Counted from the first letter of the stretch, positions 24,726-34,619 are shown. The stretch: 64,000 nucleotides of DNA from an uncultured Actinomycetota bacterium (GCA_963728125.1 CAVSIZ010000001.1:286020-350019); one strand, 5' to 3'. Program-made: numbers and translations. Notes: generated by a model from the letters alone, not told the origin.

Positions 24726-25397
24726 GTCGGCCCGCTGCCCGTACAGGAAGAGATCCGCGGATGCTGGTCGACGCCGGTTGAGGAACCCCTGCACCGGGAT
24801 CGACAGCGCCCACACGAGCACGGCCAGCCAGGTGGCGATGAAGGCGACGGGTAGGGACAGGACGAACAGCGCCACCGGAGAGAGCGACATCGTGAGCATC
24901 CACCGGAAGGCGTCGCGCGGCATGTCCTGGCTGAGCAGCTTGTTCCGCCAGGCGTGAGAAAGGAGCACTGCCTCCATCGTGCTGACCGCGGCCATGTTGA
25001 CGGCGAACGCGACGATGGAGATCGGGTTCTGCGGGAACTCGCCCACAAGCCCGGTCGGGAACGGCAGCAGCGCGATGAACGACAGGTACACGACCGTCAG
25101 GAACACGAACCGCAGGTCCACCACAGCCAGCCGGGCCACGAACCGGTGGTGCGCCGCCCAGTACGAACCGATGACGAAGCAGCCGAGGAAGAACGCCGCG
25201 ATCAGTGGGACCTTGTCCCGCAGCTCAGCCAGCAAGGCACCGGGATCGGTGTCGGTCCCGTCGAGTGCCTCGGGCACACCCACCTCGACGACCAGCAGCG
25301 TCATAGCAATTGCGAACACCGCATCGGTGAAGAACGTCACGCGGTCGAACTCGAGACCAGGACCCTCCCGCTGGTAGCGAATCGTCGGCGACACCAC
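24714..25397 (-). CDS. TMEM175-family (DUF1211) potassium channel-like membrane protein
   Basis: RVTFFTDAVFAIAMTLLV signature, YWAAHH, LLPFPT; start approximate. Confidence 0.82.
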   Translation of the reverse strand: MVSPTIRYQREGPGLEFDRVTFFTDAVFAIAMTLLVVEVGVPEALDGTDTDPGALLAELRDKVPLIAAFFLGCFVIGSYWAAHHRFVARLAVVDLRFVFLTVVYLSFIALLPFPTGLVGEFPQNPISIVAFAVNMAAVSTMEAVLLSHAWRNKLLSQDMPRDAFRWMLTMSLSPVALFVLSLPVAFIATWLAVLVWALSIPVQGFLNRRRPASADLFLYGQRADSAA

Positions 25398-25443
25398 TGC
25401 ACCACTGTCCCATCGGACTTTGCCGACCGTCGACAATTGGAGC

Positions 25444-25659
25444 GTGGACACCAAGCGCTCGATGTGGCCGACGATCCGTTGGCCGCTGGCCCTGCTGGGC
25501 GTTGCGCTCGCCGGCATCGCGGTCGCCCTCGTTCTGGATCAGACCTCAGCGCGCGAGTACGCACTCGTCATCGGCGCGCCTGCCCTCACGGTCCTGCTCC
25601 CCATCGCCCTTGTCTGGCTCGCTATTGCAGCGGCGGTGCATCTGCTGCGTCGCCGCTGA
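25444..25659 (+). CDS. Small 2-TM membrane protein
   Basis: Two hydrophobic helices and basic C-terminus (LLRRR); start uncertain (25444 GTG or 25462 ATG). Confidence 0.6.
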   Translation: MDTKRSMWPTIRWPLALLGVALAGIAVALVLDQTSAREYALVIGAPALTVLLPIALVWLAIAAAVHLLRRR

Positions 25660-27325
25660 GGGCATGGGAGACCGCGGCCTGAATACGAGAGCGCAGCTCA
25701 CGCGCTCCGAACCGATCGATGCGCATCTCGACGACACGTATTCCGGCGCGTGGCGCAAGAGCAGCTTCCAGCTCGGAGCGCGAGCAGGCGAGTGTGTACG
25801 GCGTGCGCGTGGCCGCGCACAGCGCCGCGAGGTCGACGCCGGTCGGCGTGCCGAACAGGCGCTCGAAGGGCTCCGCATACTCTGGCGCGCCTTGCTCAAG
25901 AAGCCCGAAGATGCCACCGCCGTCGTCGTTGACAACGACGATCGTCAGGTCCGGCTCCACCTCGTCCGCACCGAGGATCAGTCCGTTGGCATCATGCAAG
26001 AACGTCAGGTCGCCGAGCAGCGCATACGCCGGCATGCCCGCCGTGAGCGCCGCCCCGACCGCCGTCGACACTGTGCCGTCGATCCCGGACAGCCCGCGAT
26101 TGGCCAGCACGCGTATGTCGTCACGACCGCGCGCGTAGAGGTCGACGTCGCGGATCGGGTTCGACGACCCGAGGGTGAGCAGCGACTCTCCTGGCAGCCT
26201 CGCAAGTATCGCGACAGCAAGCGCCGGACCGGACGGCCACGACTCATGCACGACAGGAGCCACCGCTGCGATGACGGCGTCCGAGGCCCGCCGCCACTGC
26301 AGCAGCCAAGCCTCGTCGTCGGCATCCATCTCCGCGCGCAGGACGCTCGACGGCAGCACGCGACGGGCGTTCAGCGTCGGGTCCACCCACCGCGGCGTCT
26401 CGGCCACAACGTCGACCACGATCGCGGGGTCACCGAGTAGCCGCAGCACGGCCCGCGACAACGTCGGGTGGCCGACCACCAAGATGCGCTCCGGCCTGTG
26501 TTCCGTAACCCACGTGGCGTCGGAGAGGAGCAGCGGCGAGATCGTGCCTGCGGACCATGCACCAGACGACGGCTCTGCGATGACCGGCCACCGCATGCTG
26601 GTCGCCAATGCTGCTGCGGCGCTGCCGACGTTCCGCTCTGCGACATCACCGACGATGACGAGCGTGCGCGGCTCTGCTGACAGTGTCGCGTCAACATGCT
26701 GCAGCGGTGCTACCGACACCCAAGGTTCGGCATCGTCGCGACCCGTTAGCGGCTCCACCCAATCCGACGTGCTCGACGGGATCAGCGGCTCGCGAAGCGC
26801 CACATTGAGGTGCACCGGTCCCGGATCCCGCGACAGCGATCCGGTTGCGGCAGCCAATGTGCGGCTGACCAGGGCGCGCCAGTACGCCACTTGCCCGATC
26901 CGTTCTTCGGCGGCGCCGACCTCGCGAAAGAACCGAACCGCCGTTCCGTACAGGCCGATCTGGTCGGTTGCCTGGTTGGCGCCGACTCCTCGCAGCTCTG
27001 GCGGTCGGTCAGCAGTGAGCATCACGAGCGGCAGGGAGGCGTGCGACGCCTCGAGTACTGCTGGGTGCAGGTTCGCCGCGGCCGTTCCCGATGTGCACAC
27101 CACGGGCACGGGACGGCGCGACGCCTTCGCCAGTCCGAGCGCGAGGAAGCCGGCCGTACGCTCGTCGATGCGTACGTGGAGTCGTAACCGCCCTGCAGCG
27201 TCGGCCTCGTACAGCGCGTACGCCAGCGGCGCGCTGCGCGATCCCGGCGACAGCACCGCATCGACGACCCCGCCGCGGATGAGCTCGTCGACGAATACCG
27301 TCGCCAACGCCTGCGACGGGTTCAC
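25622..27325 (-). CDS. menD: SEPHCHC synthase
   Basis: SPGSRSAPL, IDERTAGFLALG, TSGTAAAN, ANRGLSGIDG, GDLTFLHD, NDDGGGIF. Confidence 0.96.
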   Translation of the reverse strand: MNPSQALATVFVDELIRGGVVDAVLSPGSRSAPLAYALYEADAAGRLRLHVRIDERTAGFLALGLAKASRRPVPVVCTSGTAAANLHPAVLEASHASLPLVMLTADRPPELRGVGANQATDQIGLYGTAVRFFREVGAAEERIGQVAYWRALVSRTLAAATGSLSRDPGPVHLNVALREPLIPSSTSDWVEPLTGRDDAEPWVSVAPLQHVDATLSAEPRTLVIVGDVAERNVGSAAAALATSMRWPVIAEPSSGAWSAGTISPLLLSDATWVTEHRPERILVVGHPTLSRAVLRLLGDPAIVVDVVAETPRWVDPTLNARRVLPSSVLRAEMDADDEAWLLQWRRASDAVIAAVAPVVHESWPSGPALAVAILARLPGESLLTLGSSNPIRDVDLYARGRDDIRVLANRGLSGIDGTVSTAVGAALTAGMPAYALLGDLTFLHDANGLILGADEVEPDLTIVVVNDDGGGIFGLLEQGAPEYAEPFERLFGTPTGVDLAALCAATRTPYTLACSRSELEAALAPRAGIRVVEMRIDRFGARELRSRIQAAVSHALSGDAADAPPLQ

Positions 27326-28263
27326 GCCACCGCCCGCAACCGCTCGCGCCAGCGCTGCTCGGCAGCGACGTCGGCGCGTGCGATGTCGACCTTTGCAGCA
27401 TCGGGAGCTACCCGTCGTACCGACAGGAATCCGTCAATCGGCAGCAGGGGTTCCGCGACGATGTCTTCCTCGAGCAACTGCACGGTCGCCAAGCCACACG
27501 CATACGGCAGCTCAGGTAGCGCTGCTGCCAAGGCCACACCAGCAGCGATCCCCACGGACGTTTCCAGCGCTGACGACACGACGACCGGCAGCTTGCAGCG
27601 CTCGGCAATCTCCAGGCATGTGCGAACCCCACCGAGCGGCTGCACCTTGAGCACCGCAACGTCCGCAGCATCTGCGAGCGTGACCCGCAACGGATCGTCG
27701 GCATGTCGGATCGACTCGTCTGCAGCTATCCGCACGTCGACGCTGCGTCGCACCGCAGCAAGCTCGTCCAGCGATCGGCACGGCTGCTCGACGTACTCCA
27801 GCCCACCGGCCGCAGCATCGAGGAGCTTGATCGTCGAGATGGCCGTATCGACGTCCCAGGCGCCATTCGCGTCGACGCGGACGTGGCCCGCTGGTCCGAG
27901 CGCATCCCGTACCGCTGCCACCCGATCGATGTCCTCGTTCATCGGGCGGCCCGGCTCAGCGACCTTGACCTTCGCGGTGCGGCAGCCGCCGGAGGCCCGC
28001 ACGATGGCAGCGGCGTGCTCGGGACCGACCGCCGGGACGATCGCATTGACCGGCACGCGATCCCGCACGGCAGCCGGCCATCCCTCATCTGCTGCCTCGC
28101 GCGCCGCGCGCAGCCACGGCCGGCATTCCGCCGGCGAGTAGTCCCAGAACGGGGAGAACTCGCCCCACCCCGCGGGTCCGTTGAAGAGCATTCCCTCCCG
28201 CGTGGTGATGCCGCGAAAGCGCTCACGCAGCGGGATCGCGAAGACGACAGGCGAACCGGACAT
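27322..28263 (-). CDS. menC: o-succinylbenzoate synthase
   Basis: FRGITTREG, TAKVKV, RVDANG, YVEQP, ADES, SSALETSVG. Confidence 0.94.
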   Translation of the reverse strand: MSGSPVVFAIPLRERFRGITTREGMLFNGPAGWGEFSPFWDYSPAECRPWLRAAREAADEGWPAAVRDRVPVNAIVPAVGPEHAAAIVRASGGCRTAKVKVAEPGRPMNEDIDRVAAVRDALGPAGHVRVDANGAWDVDTAISTIKLLDAAAGGLEYVEQPCRSLDELAAVRRSVDVRIAADESIRHADDPLRVTLADAADVAVLKVQPLGGVRTCLEIAERCKLPVVVSSALETSVGIAAGVALAAALPELPYACGLATVQLLEEDIVAEPLLPIDGFLSVRRVAPDAAKVDIARADVAAEQRWRERLRAVA

Positions 28264-28305
28264 GGCAGCGTCAGCGTACGGCCGCCCCGCCATATCCTCG
28301 GCGGC

Positions 28306-29214
28306 GTGGGCGACTCGATCTCGCAGCTGTTCGATCCCGCCGCGTGGAAACCGGTCGACGGCTTTGATCTGACCGATGTGACGTACCACCGCCACGTCGA
28401 TTCGGGCACGGTCCGCGTGGCATTCGATCGTCCCGAGGTTCGCAACGCGTTCCGTCCGCACACCGTCGACGAGCTGTACCGCGTCCTCGACCACGCGCGG
28501 ATGACACCCGATGTTGGCTGCGTCCTCCTCACCGGTAACGGGCCGTCGCCGCGCGACGGCGGGTGGGCATTTTGCTCCGGCGGGGATCAGCGCATCCGCG
28601 GCCGGACCGGGTACCAGTACGCCTCCGGGGAAACGAGCGACACCGTCGATCCGGCGCGCGCCGGCCGGCTGCACATCCTCGAGGTGCAGCGGCTGATTCG
28701 TACCATGCCGAAGATCGTGATCGCCGTCGTCCCCGGGTGGGCCGTCGGAGGCGGGCACAGCCTGCACGTCGTCTGCGATCTGACGTTGGCGTCTGCCGAG
28801 CACGCGCGCTTCAAGCAGACCGACGCCGATGTCGGCAGCTTTGACGCCGGCTACGGCTCCGCGTACCTGGCCCGGCAGGTGGGCCAGAAGTTCGCCAGGG
28901 AGATCTTCTTCCTCGGCAAGGAGTACGACGCGCAGGCCGCGTATCGCATGGGCATGGTCAACGAGGTCGTCCCACATGCCCAGCTCGAAGAAGTGGCGAT
29001 CGAGTGGGCTCGGACGATCAACGGAAAGAGCCCCACGGCGCAGCGCATGCTGAAGTTCGCTTTCAACCTGGTCGATGACGGGCTCATGGGTCAGCAGGTG
29101 TTCGCCGGCGAGGCGACGCGATTGGCGTACATGACGGACGAAGCCGTTGAGGGACGCGACGCCTTCCTCGAGAAGCGCCGGCCCGACTGGTCGTCGTTCC
29201 CCTGGTACTACTGA
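28306..29214 (+). CDS. menB: 1,4-dihydroxy-2-naphthoyl-CoA synthase
   Basis: RPEVRNAFRP, FCSGGDQRIR, GSFDAGYG; ends FPWYY. Confidence 0.96.
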   Translation: MGDSISQLFDPAAWKPVDGFDLTDVTYHRHVDSGTVRVAFDRPEVRNAFRPHTVDELYRVLDHARMTPDVGCVLLTGNGPSPRDGGWAFCSGGDQRIRGRTGYQYASGETSDTVDPARAGRLHILEVQRLIRTMPKIVIAVVPGWAVGGGHSLHVVCDLTLASAEHARFKQTDADVGSFDAGYGSAYLARQVGQKFAREIFFLGKEYDAQAAYRMGMVNEVVPHAQLEEVAIEWARTINGKSPTAQRMLKFAFNLVDDGLMGQQVFAGEATRLAYMTDEAVEGRDAFLEKRRPDWSSFPWYY

Positions 29215-29216
29215 CC

Positions 29217-30353
29217 GTGCGACACCTGACTGCTGTCGAGGGCAACTCGTTGCTGGCTGCGCTGCCGGCAGCGTTCGACGGCGGTGGCCCGGCGCTGCTG
29301 CCGCTGCCGCGCGAGCCCGGCGTCCGGGCAGCAATCGTCGACGCTCTGCAACCCGATGATGCCGCCGCTCCGCTCGAACGCGACGACATCGCGCTTGTCG
29401 TGGCGACGTCAGGCTCATCGGGTGCACCCAAGGGCGTCATGCTGACGGCGGCTGCGCTGCTGCGTTCCGCCCACGCGACACACAAGCGGCTCGGCGGCGC
29501 GGGACAGTGGCTGTTGGCTCTTCCCGTCGACCACATCGCGGGCGTGCAGGTCCTGGTTCGGTCGTTGATCGCACGGACCGACCCGGTCGTGATGCCCATG
29601 ACAAGCGGCTTCTCCGCCGCGGCATTCGTCGCTGCCACCGCGCGCCTCGATGGGGAGCGGCGCTACACCTCATTGGTGCCGACCCAGCTCACCAGGCTGC
29701 TCGACGTCGCGGCAATCGAGGCGCTGCGCTCGTACGACGCCATCCTGCTCGGAGGTGCGGCGACGTTGCCCAGCGTGGTCGAGCGGGCGCGGGCGAGCGG
29801 CGTCAACGTGGTCATGACGTACGGGATGACAGAGACGTGCGGTGGCTGCGTGTACGACGGCGTGCCGCTCGATGACGTCACCGTGGACATCGCTAGTGAC
29901 GGGCGCATCGTCATCGGTGGACCGACGATTTTCGCTGGCTATCGCGGACGACCCGATCTCACCCAGGCGGCTCTCCTGGATGGGCGGCTCGTCACACAGG
30001 ACATGGGCCGCATCGATGCTCGCGGTCGGCTCGAGGTACTCGGTCGCGTTGACGACATCGTCATTACCGGTGGTGAGAACGTCTCGGTTCTTGCCGTTGA
30101 GGCAACACTGTCCGAGCAGTCGGGCGTCGTCGAGGCGTCCGTCATCGGGGTCCCCGACGACGAGTGGGGACAGCGGATCGTGGCGTTTGTCGTCGCACAG
30201 GCGGTGGACAGCGGGACGCTGCGGGAGGCCGTTCGGGCGCGCCTCGGACGCGCTGCCGTGCCCCGCGACGTCATCATCCTCGACTCCTTGCCTCACACGG
30301 GTCTCGGCAAGGTAGACAGGCGAGCCCTGCTGTCGCTGATTCCACAGCGATGA
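29217..30353 (+). CDS. menE: o-succinylbenzoate--CoA ligase
   Basis: TSGSSGAPKG, TYGMTET, GRVDD, TGGENV; between menB and menA. Confidence 0.92.
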   Translation: MRHLTAVEGNSLLAALPAAFDGGGPALLPLPREPGVRAAIVDALQPDDAAAPLERDDIALVVATSGSSGAPKGVMLTAAALLRSAHATHKRLGGAGQWLLALPVDHIAGVQVLVRSLIARTDPVVMPMTSGFSAAAFVAATARLDGERRYTSLVPTQLTRLLDVAAIEALRSYDAILLGGAATLPSVVERARASGVNVVMTYGMTETCGGCVYDGVPLDDVTVDIASDGRIVIGGPTIFAGYRGRPDLTQAALLDGRLVTQDMGRIDARGRLEVLGRVDDIVITGGENVSVLAVEATLSEQSGVVEASVIGVPDDEWGQRIVAFVVAQAVDSGTLREAVRARLGRAAVPRDVIILDSLPHTGLGKVDRRALLSLIPQR

Positions 30354-31234
30354 CAACCACCGCCGAGTGGGTGAGCGGCGCTCGGCCGCGGACGCTGCCT
30401 GCGGCGGTAAGCCCAGTGCTGATCGGCAGCGGCGCTGCCGCAGCTGAGCGAGAGTTTGTCTGGTGGGCAGCGCTGCTCGCGCTGATCGTCGCGCTGGCGT
30501 TGCAAGTCGCCGTCAACTACGCCAACGACTACAGCGACGGCATTCGCGGCACCGACACCAACCGGGTCGGACCGTTCCGGCTCGTAGGATCCGGCGCGGC
30601 ATCGCCGCCAGCGGTGAAGCGCGCTGCGTTTCTGGCATTCGGCGTTGCTGCGCTCGCCGGTGTCGTGCTCGTGCTGGCGGCGCAGACGTACGAGCTGCTG
30701 CTGGTGGGTGCTGTCTGCATCGCCGCGGCCTGGTTCTACACCGGTGGTCGCCGCCCGTACGGATACCGCGGACTTGGCGAGCTGTCGGTCTTCGTCTTCT
30801 TCGGGCTGGTTGCCGTGATCGGCACGACGTACGTCCAGACAGGACGTGTGACGGTTGCGGCCGTTGTCGGTGGGATCGGCTGCGGAGCACTCGCGTGCGC
30901 GATCCTTGTCGTCAACAACCTTCGCGACATCCCGACCGACAGCGTCACCGGCAAGCGCACGCTGGCGGTCGTGCTGGGCGATCAGCGCACGCGCGCTCTG
31001 TTCACCGTTCTGGTGGGAACAGCATTCGTCGCGGTCTTCGCGCTGATGGTCACCGTCACCGCGTGGGCGGCGGTGGCGCTTCTGTCGCTGCCGCTGGCGA
31101 TGGGCCCGCTGCGCGCGATTTCTTCCGGTCGACTTGGGCGAGAACTCGTGCCAGCACTCGCTGGGACCGGGCTGTTGCAGCTGGCCTACGGAGCACTGCT
31201 CGGCGCCGGCCTCGCGATCAGCGGGGTGTCGTAG
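30350..31234 (+). CDS. menA: 1,4-dihydroxy-2-naphthoate polyprenyltransferase
   Basis: ARPRTLPAA, NYANDYSDGIRGTD, NNLRDIPTD, GKRTLAV. Confidence 0.95.
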   Translation: MTTTAEWVSGARPRTLPAAVSPVLIGSGAAAAEREFVWWAALLALIVALALQVAVNYANDYSDGIRGTDTNRVGPFRLVGSGAASPPAVKRAAFLAFGVAALAGVVLVLAAQTYELLLVGAVCIAAAWFYTGGRRPYGYRGLGELSVFVFFGLVAVIGTTYVQTGRVTVAAVVGGIGCGALACAILVVNNLRDIPTDSVTGKRTLAVVLGDQRTRALFTVLVGTAFVAVFALMVTVTAWAAVALLSLPLAMGPLRAISSGRLGRELVPALAGTGLLQLAYGALLGAGLAISGVS

Positions 31235-31487
31235 CCGCGTCGTCGGGTGGCTCGTCCTCGGCTCGCGCTGGGGCATCGATTCGATCGTTGGTACTGCGCC
31301 ACCGCGTCACCATGGTCGACGAGAGGGCGTCGCGCTGCCGAGACAGCAGCACATAGCTCGCAACGCCCGAGATCAGGACGGCCAAGGCGACCAGAAGCAG
31401 GCCGCGAGCACCGACGAGCCACAACAGCACAAGCGCCACTGCGAACACCAGGAGTCGCAGCCCGGTGTACGCGAGGAGCGGCTTCAC
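31218..31487 (-). CDS. DUF4229-family small membrane protein
   Basis: YTGLRL start, two TM helices, acidic tail; usual neighbour of menA in actinobacteria. Confidence 0.75.
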   Translation of the reverse strand: MKPLLAYTGLRLLVFAVALVLLWLVGARGLLLVALAVLISGVASYVLLSRQRDALSSTMVTRWRSTNDRIDAPARAEDEPPDDAATTPR

Positions 31488-31506
31488 GACGCACCCACGG
31501 GCACCA

Positions 31507-31714
31507 TCATGCTCGCCGCGCGACAAGCCGCGAGACAACGGCCGTGATCAGGCAAAACACCAGCCAGCCGCTGGTCGCAGCAGCCACGACCGGTGTCAGC
31601 GCTGCATACACCCCGTCGGCCACGGACATGGATGACACGCTCAGGTACGCAGCTACGCCGACGCCCACGCCAACCACCAGGCCGACGATCGCGGGCGTAC
31701 ACAGGTGACCTCAT
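31507..31714 (-). CDS. Putative small 2-TM membrane protein (apparent +1 frameshift near 31694)
   Basis: Frame [19 protein letters not shown]...GWLVFCLITAVVSRLVARRA-stop; joins ATG 31714 if one C of GCCCGC is removed. Confidence 0.5.
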
Positions 31715-31767
31715 TGTCGAGAAGGCGCCATTGGAATGCCATCGAAGGCTGCGGTGCGACGTGCGGG

Positions 31768-33105
31768 CTATGCGACGGTGCCCACCACGCCGCGTGTCAG
31801 AAACGATTCCAGCCAGCGGGCGTGCGACAGCGCGCGCCGGTCGTGGCCACGTGCGGCGACCACCTGAAGGCCGACCGGCAATCCGTCAATCCAGGCGAAC
31901 GGCAGGCACGCCACCGGGACGCCGGCCAGGTTGGACGTCAGCGTGAGCGGGATCAACGCGTCGCGATGCGGCATTGGTCCGGACTCGACGGTCACCTCGG
32001 CCGTTCCGAGGAGGGGGGCGGGGATCGGCGTTGCGGGCAGCAGCATCGCGTCGACATCGTCGAGCGTCGCGTCGATTCCCGCCCGAACCCGGCTCGCGAG
32101 CTGGCGCCCTTCCGCATAGTCGGCGTCGCTCCTCGCCCGGCCAACGAGGAGGGCATCGCGCACGCTCGGCGAGAACGACTCCGGCGAGTTCTCGAGTGCG
32201 ACGCGATGGATACGCGCGGCTTCCGGACGAACGACCTGGGCGTACGCCTGCTCGGCCAGTCCGAGGTCGACCGGTTCGACGTTCACGACCTCGACACCCG
32301 AACCACGCAGCTGTTCCAGCAGCGCCTCGAAGGCGGCACGCACCTCGAGCCCGAGCCGACCGGCGAGGGACGCCCTCGGTACGCCGACCCGGCGAGGGGC
32401 GACGGCGTCGATCGGACGTGGGCTGCGCCCGGTCAGCAGATCGAGCAGGTACGCCGCGTCGGTTACTGACCTCGCAAGCGGGCCGACGTGATCACACGTG
32501 GGGCTGAGCGGGAGCACGCCATCCGTCGGCACCGCACCGATCGACGGCTTGATCGTCGCGACACCGCACAGGGACGCCGGGATCCGCAGTGAGCCGCCAG
32601 TGTCGGTTCCGAGCGAGGCGAGCCCGATCCCGGTAGCAACGGCAACAGCCGAGCCGCTCGACGACCCTCCCGGCTGCCGACGCGGGTCGTGCGGATTGCG
32701 GACGTCCCCGGTCCACGGATTCTCGCCCCGTATGCCGAGCGCGATCTCCACCATGTTGGTCGTCGCGAACACGATCGCGCCGGCGTCGCGGAGCCGGCGT
32801 ACGGCGGTCGCCTCCTGGTTCCCGAGCGGCGGCAGCGACGCCCGGGTGCCGGCGCACAGGCGGAACCCGTCCACGACGAACAGGTCCTTCACGGTGATCG
32901 GGATCCCGTGCAGGGCGCCGCGCACGCGGCCGGTTGATGCTTCCTCGGTACGTCGGACGGCGAGGGCACGCGCCTCGTCGGCGTGCACTTCGGCGAGTGC
33001 GTTCAGGTGTCGAAACCGGTCTGCGGCGTCCAGCGCTTGGTCGACGAGCTCGATGGGCGAGACGGTCCCGGCACGTACCGCCGCCCCGATCTCCGCCAGG
33101 TTCAC
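31768..33105 (-). CDS. Amidase signature family enzyme
   Basis: GIPITVKD, PGGSSSGS, GTDTGGSLRIPASLCG, GLPVGLQ. Confidence 0.92.
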   Translation of the reverse strand: MNLAEIGAAVRAGTVSPIELVDQALDAADRFRHLNALAEVHADEARALAVRRTEEASTGRVRGALHGIPITVKDLFVVDGFRLCAGTRASLPPLGNQEATAVRRLRDAGAIVFATTNMVEIALGIRGENPWTGDVRNPHDPRRQPGGSSSGSAVAVATGIGLASLGTDTGGSLRIPASLCGVATIKPSIGAVPTDGVLPLSPTCDHVGPLARSVTDAAYLLDLLTGRSPRPIDAVAPRRVGVPRASLAGRLGLEVRAAFEALLEQLRGSGVEVVNVEPVDLGLAEQAYAQVVRPEAARIHRVALENSPESFSPSVRDALLVGRARSDADYAEGRQLASRVRAGIDATLDDVDAMLLPATPIPAPLLGTAEVTVESGPMPHRDALIPLTLTSNLAGVPVACLPFAWIDGLPVGLQVVAARGHDRRALSHARWLESFLTRGVVGTVA

Positions 33106-34058
33106 GTCCCGGTCAGGACGCGGGCCAGCAGCGTTGGATCGATGTTGCCGCCACTGATCACCGCAACAGTCGGGCCCTGCGCTCGCGCCGCACCGGACAG
33201 GATCGCGGCGACCGATACGGCACCACTCGGCTCGGCAACGAGGTGTGAGCGCAGCGCTATCCGACGCACAGCATCGAGGATCTGCTCCTCGGTGACGGTG
33301 ACGATGTCATCGACGTACTCCTGAATGTGTCGCCATGGGAGGGTGCCAACTGTCCGCACCCGCAGGCCGTCGGCGATCGTGCGCGCCGTGTCGTCCGGTG
33401 ACCAGGCCACCCGCCGGCCCTGCCGGAACGACTCCGCGGCGTCGCCGGCGAGCTCCGGCTCGGCGCCGACCACGCGCGTCTGCGGCCGCAGCTGCTTGAC
33501 CGCTGCCGCGACCCCCGAGATCAGGCCGCCGCCGCTGACCGGCACGACGACCGTCCCGACGTTCGGCAGGTCCTCGACGATCTCCAGGCCAGCCGTCCCC
33601 TGGCCCGCGATCACGTCGCGGTCGTCGTACGGCGGCACCAGCACGTAGCCGTGCTCCGCCGCCAGCTTGTCGGCACGGCTCTCGCGTTCGGCCACGGGCA
33701 CGAGCACGACCTCAGCACCCAGCGCGCGAGTCGCGTCGACCTTGATCGTCGCAGCGGACTCCGGCATGACGATGACGGCCTTCGTGCCGAACTCGCGCGC
33801 GGAGTAGGCCACCGCCTGCGCGTGGTTGCCGCTCGAGGGCGCGATGACACCGCGGCGGCGCTCCTCGTCGGACAGCGTCGCCATCTTGGCGTAGGCGCCG
33901 CGGATCTTGAACGCGCCGATCGGCTGGAGCGACTCGGCCTTGAGCCAGACGTCGCCCGCCCAGGGTGCGGGAATCAGCGGTGTCCGGATGGCGACCTGGG
34001 CGATGCGCTTGTGGGCCTCGCGCAGCTCGTCGAGCGTGACCAGGTGAACGTCTTCCAC
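33102..34058 (-). CDS. PLP-dependent threonine/serine dehydratase (serine racemase-like, no ACT domain)
   Basis: KAESLQPIGAFKIRG, SSGNHAQ, VSGGGL, SGGN. Confidence 0.9.
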   Translation of the reverse strand: MEDVHLVTLDELREAHKRIAQVAIRTPLIPAPWAGDVWLKAESLQPIGAFKIRGAYAKMATLSDEERRRGVIAPSSGNHAQAVAYSAREFGTKAVIVMPESAATIKVDATRALGAEVVLVPVAERESRADKLAAEHGYVLVPPYDDRDVIAGQGTAGLEIVEDLPNVGTVVVPVSGGGLISGVAAAVKQLRPQTRVVGAEPELAGDAAESFRQGRRVAWSPDDTARTIADGLRVRTVGTLPWRHIQEYVDDIVTVTEEQILDAVRRIALRSHLVAEPSGAVSVAAILSGAARAQGPTVAVISGGNIDPTLLARVLTGT

Positions 34059-34067
34059 GGTGCGAGC

Positions 34068-34517
34068 TTAAGAGGGTAGCGGCGCCGCCCGACCTTCCCA
34101 GCGCGTCGACAGCACCACGGTCGTTCGGGTACGGGCGATGCCGCGAATCCGTCGCAACCGCCCGAGCGTGACTTCGAGTGCTACAACGTCGCCAACACGC
34201 ACCTTGATCATGAACGCCTCGTCGCCGGCCACCGACCAGCAGTCCTCGATCGCATCGACATCGGCGAGCCGTCCGGCGACGTCGTCTTGCACAGCGTTGT
34301 CGGACAGGTAGATGCCGACCAGCGCGGTGACGTCGAGACCGACGGCGACCGGGTCGACGGCGGCGTGGTAGCCGCGCAGCGTGCCGCTCTCTTCCAGCCG
34401 GCGCACCCGGTCCTGGACGCTCGGGCCGGACAGACCGACCCGGCGACCCAGCTCGGCGTACGACGCCCGCGCCTCCGCGCGCAGCGCAGTGATCAGCTCG
34501 GTGTCGATACGATCCAC
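34068..34517 (-). CDS. Lrp/AsnC-family transcriptional regulator
   Basis: DRID...ARASYAELGRRVGLSGPSVQDRVRRLEE HTH plus AsnC ligand domain; GTG 34517 after GGGGAG. Confidence 0.92.
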   Translation of the reverse strand: MDRIDTELITALRAEARASYAELGRRVGLSGPSVQDRVRRLEESGTLRGYHAAVDPVAVGLDVTALVGIYLSDNAVQDDVAGRLADVDAIEDCWSVAGDEAFMIKVRVGDVVALEVTLGRLRRIRGIARTRTTVVLSTRWEGRAAPLPS

Positions 34518-34619
34518 GGGCACTCCCCGGATCATCGGCCGTTGACGCTCTCGGGCATAGATTCAAAGGTGAAAGCGTTACCGTAGCGTACAGATCGAAG
34601 ACCAGTAGGAGAGAGTGTC

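Noticed and set aside
27322-29427. Long N-terminal extensions on menC, menB, hemB (808 aa), hemA, hemD, ccsB, resB, nuoH and others
   Set aside because: Extensions overlap neighbouring real genes and are Arg/Pro-rich high-GC read-through; downstream starts fit overlaps, RBS or -10 boxes
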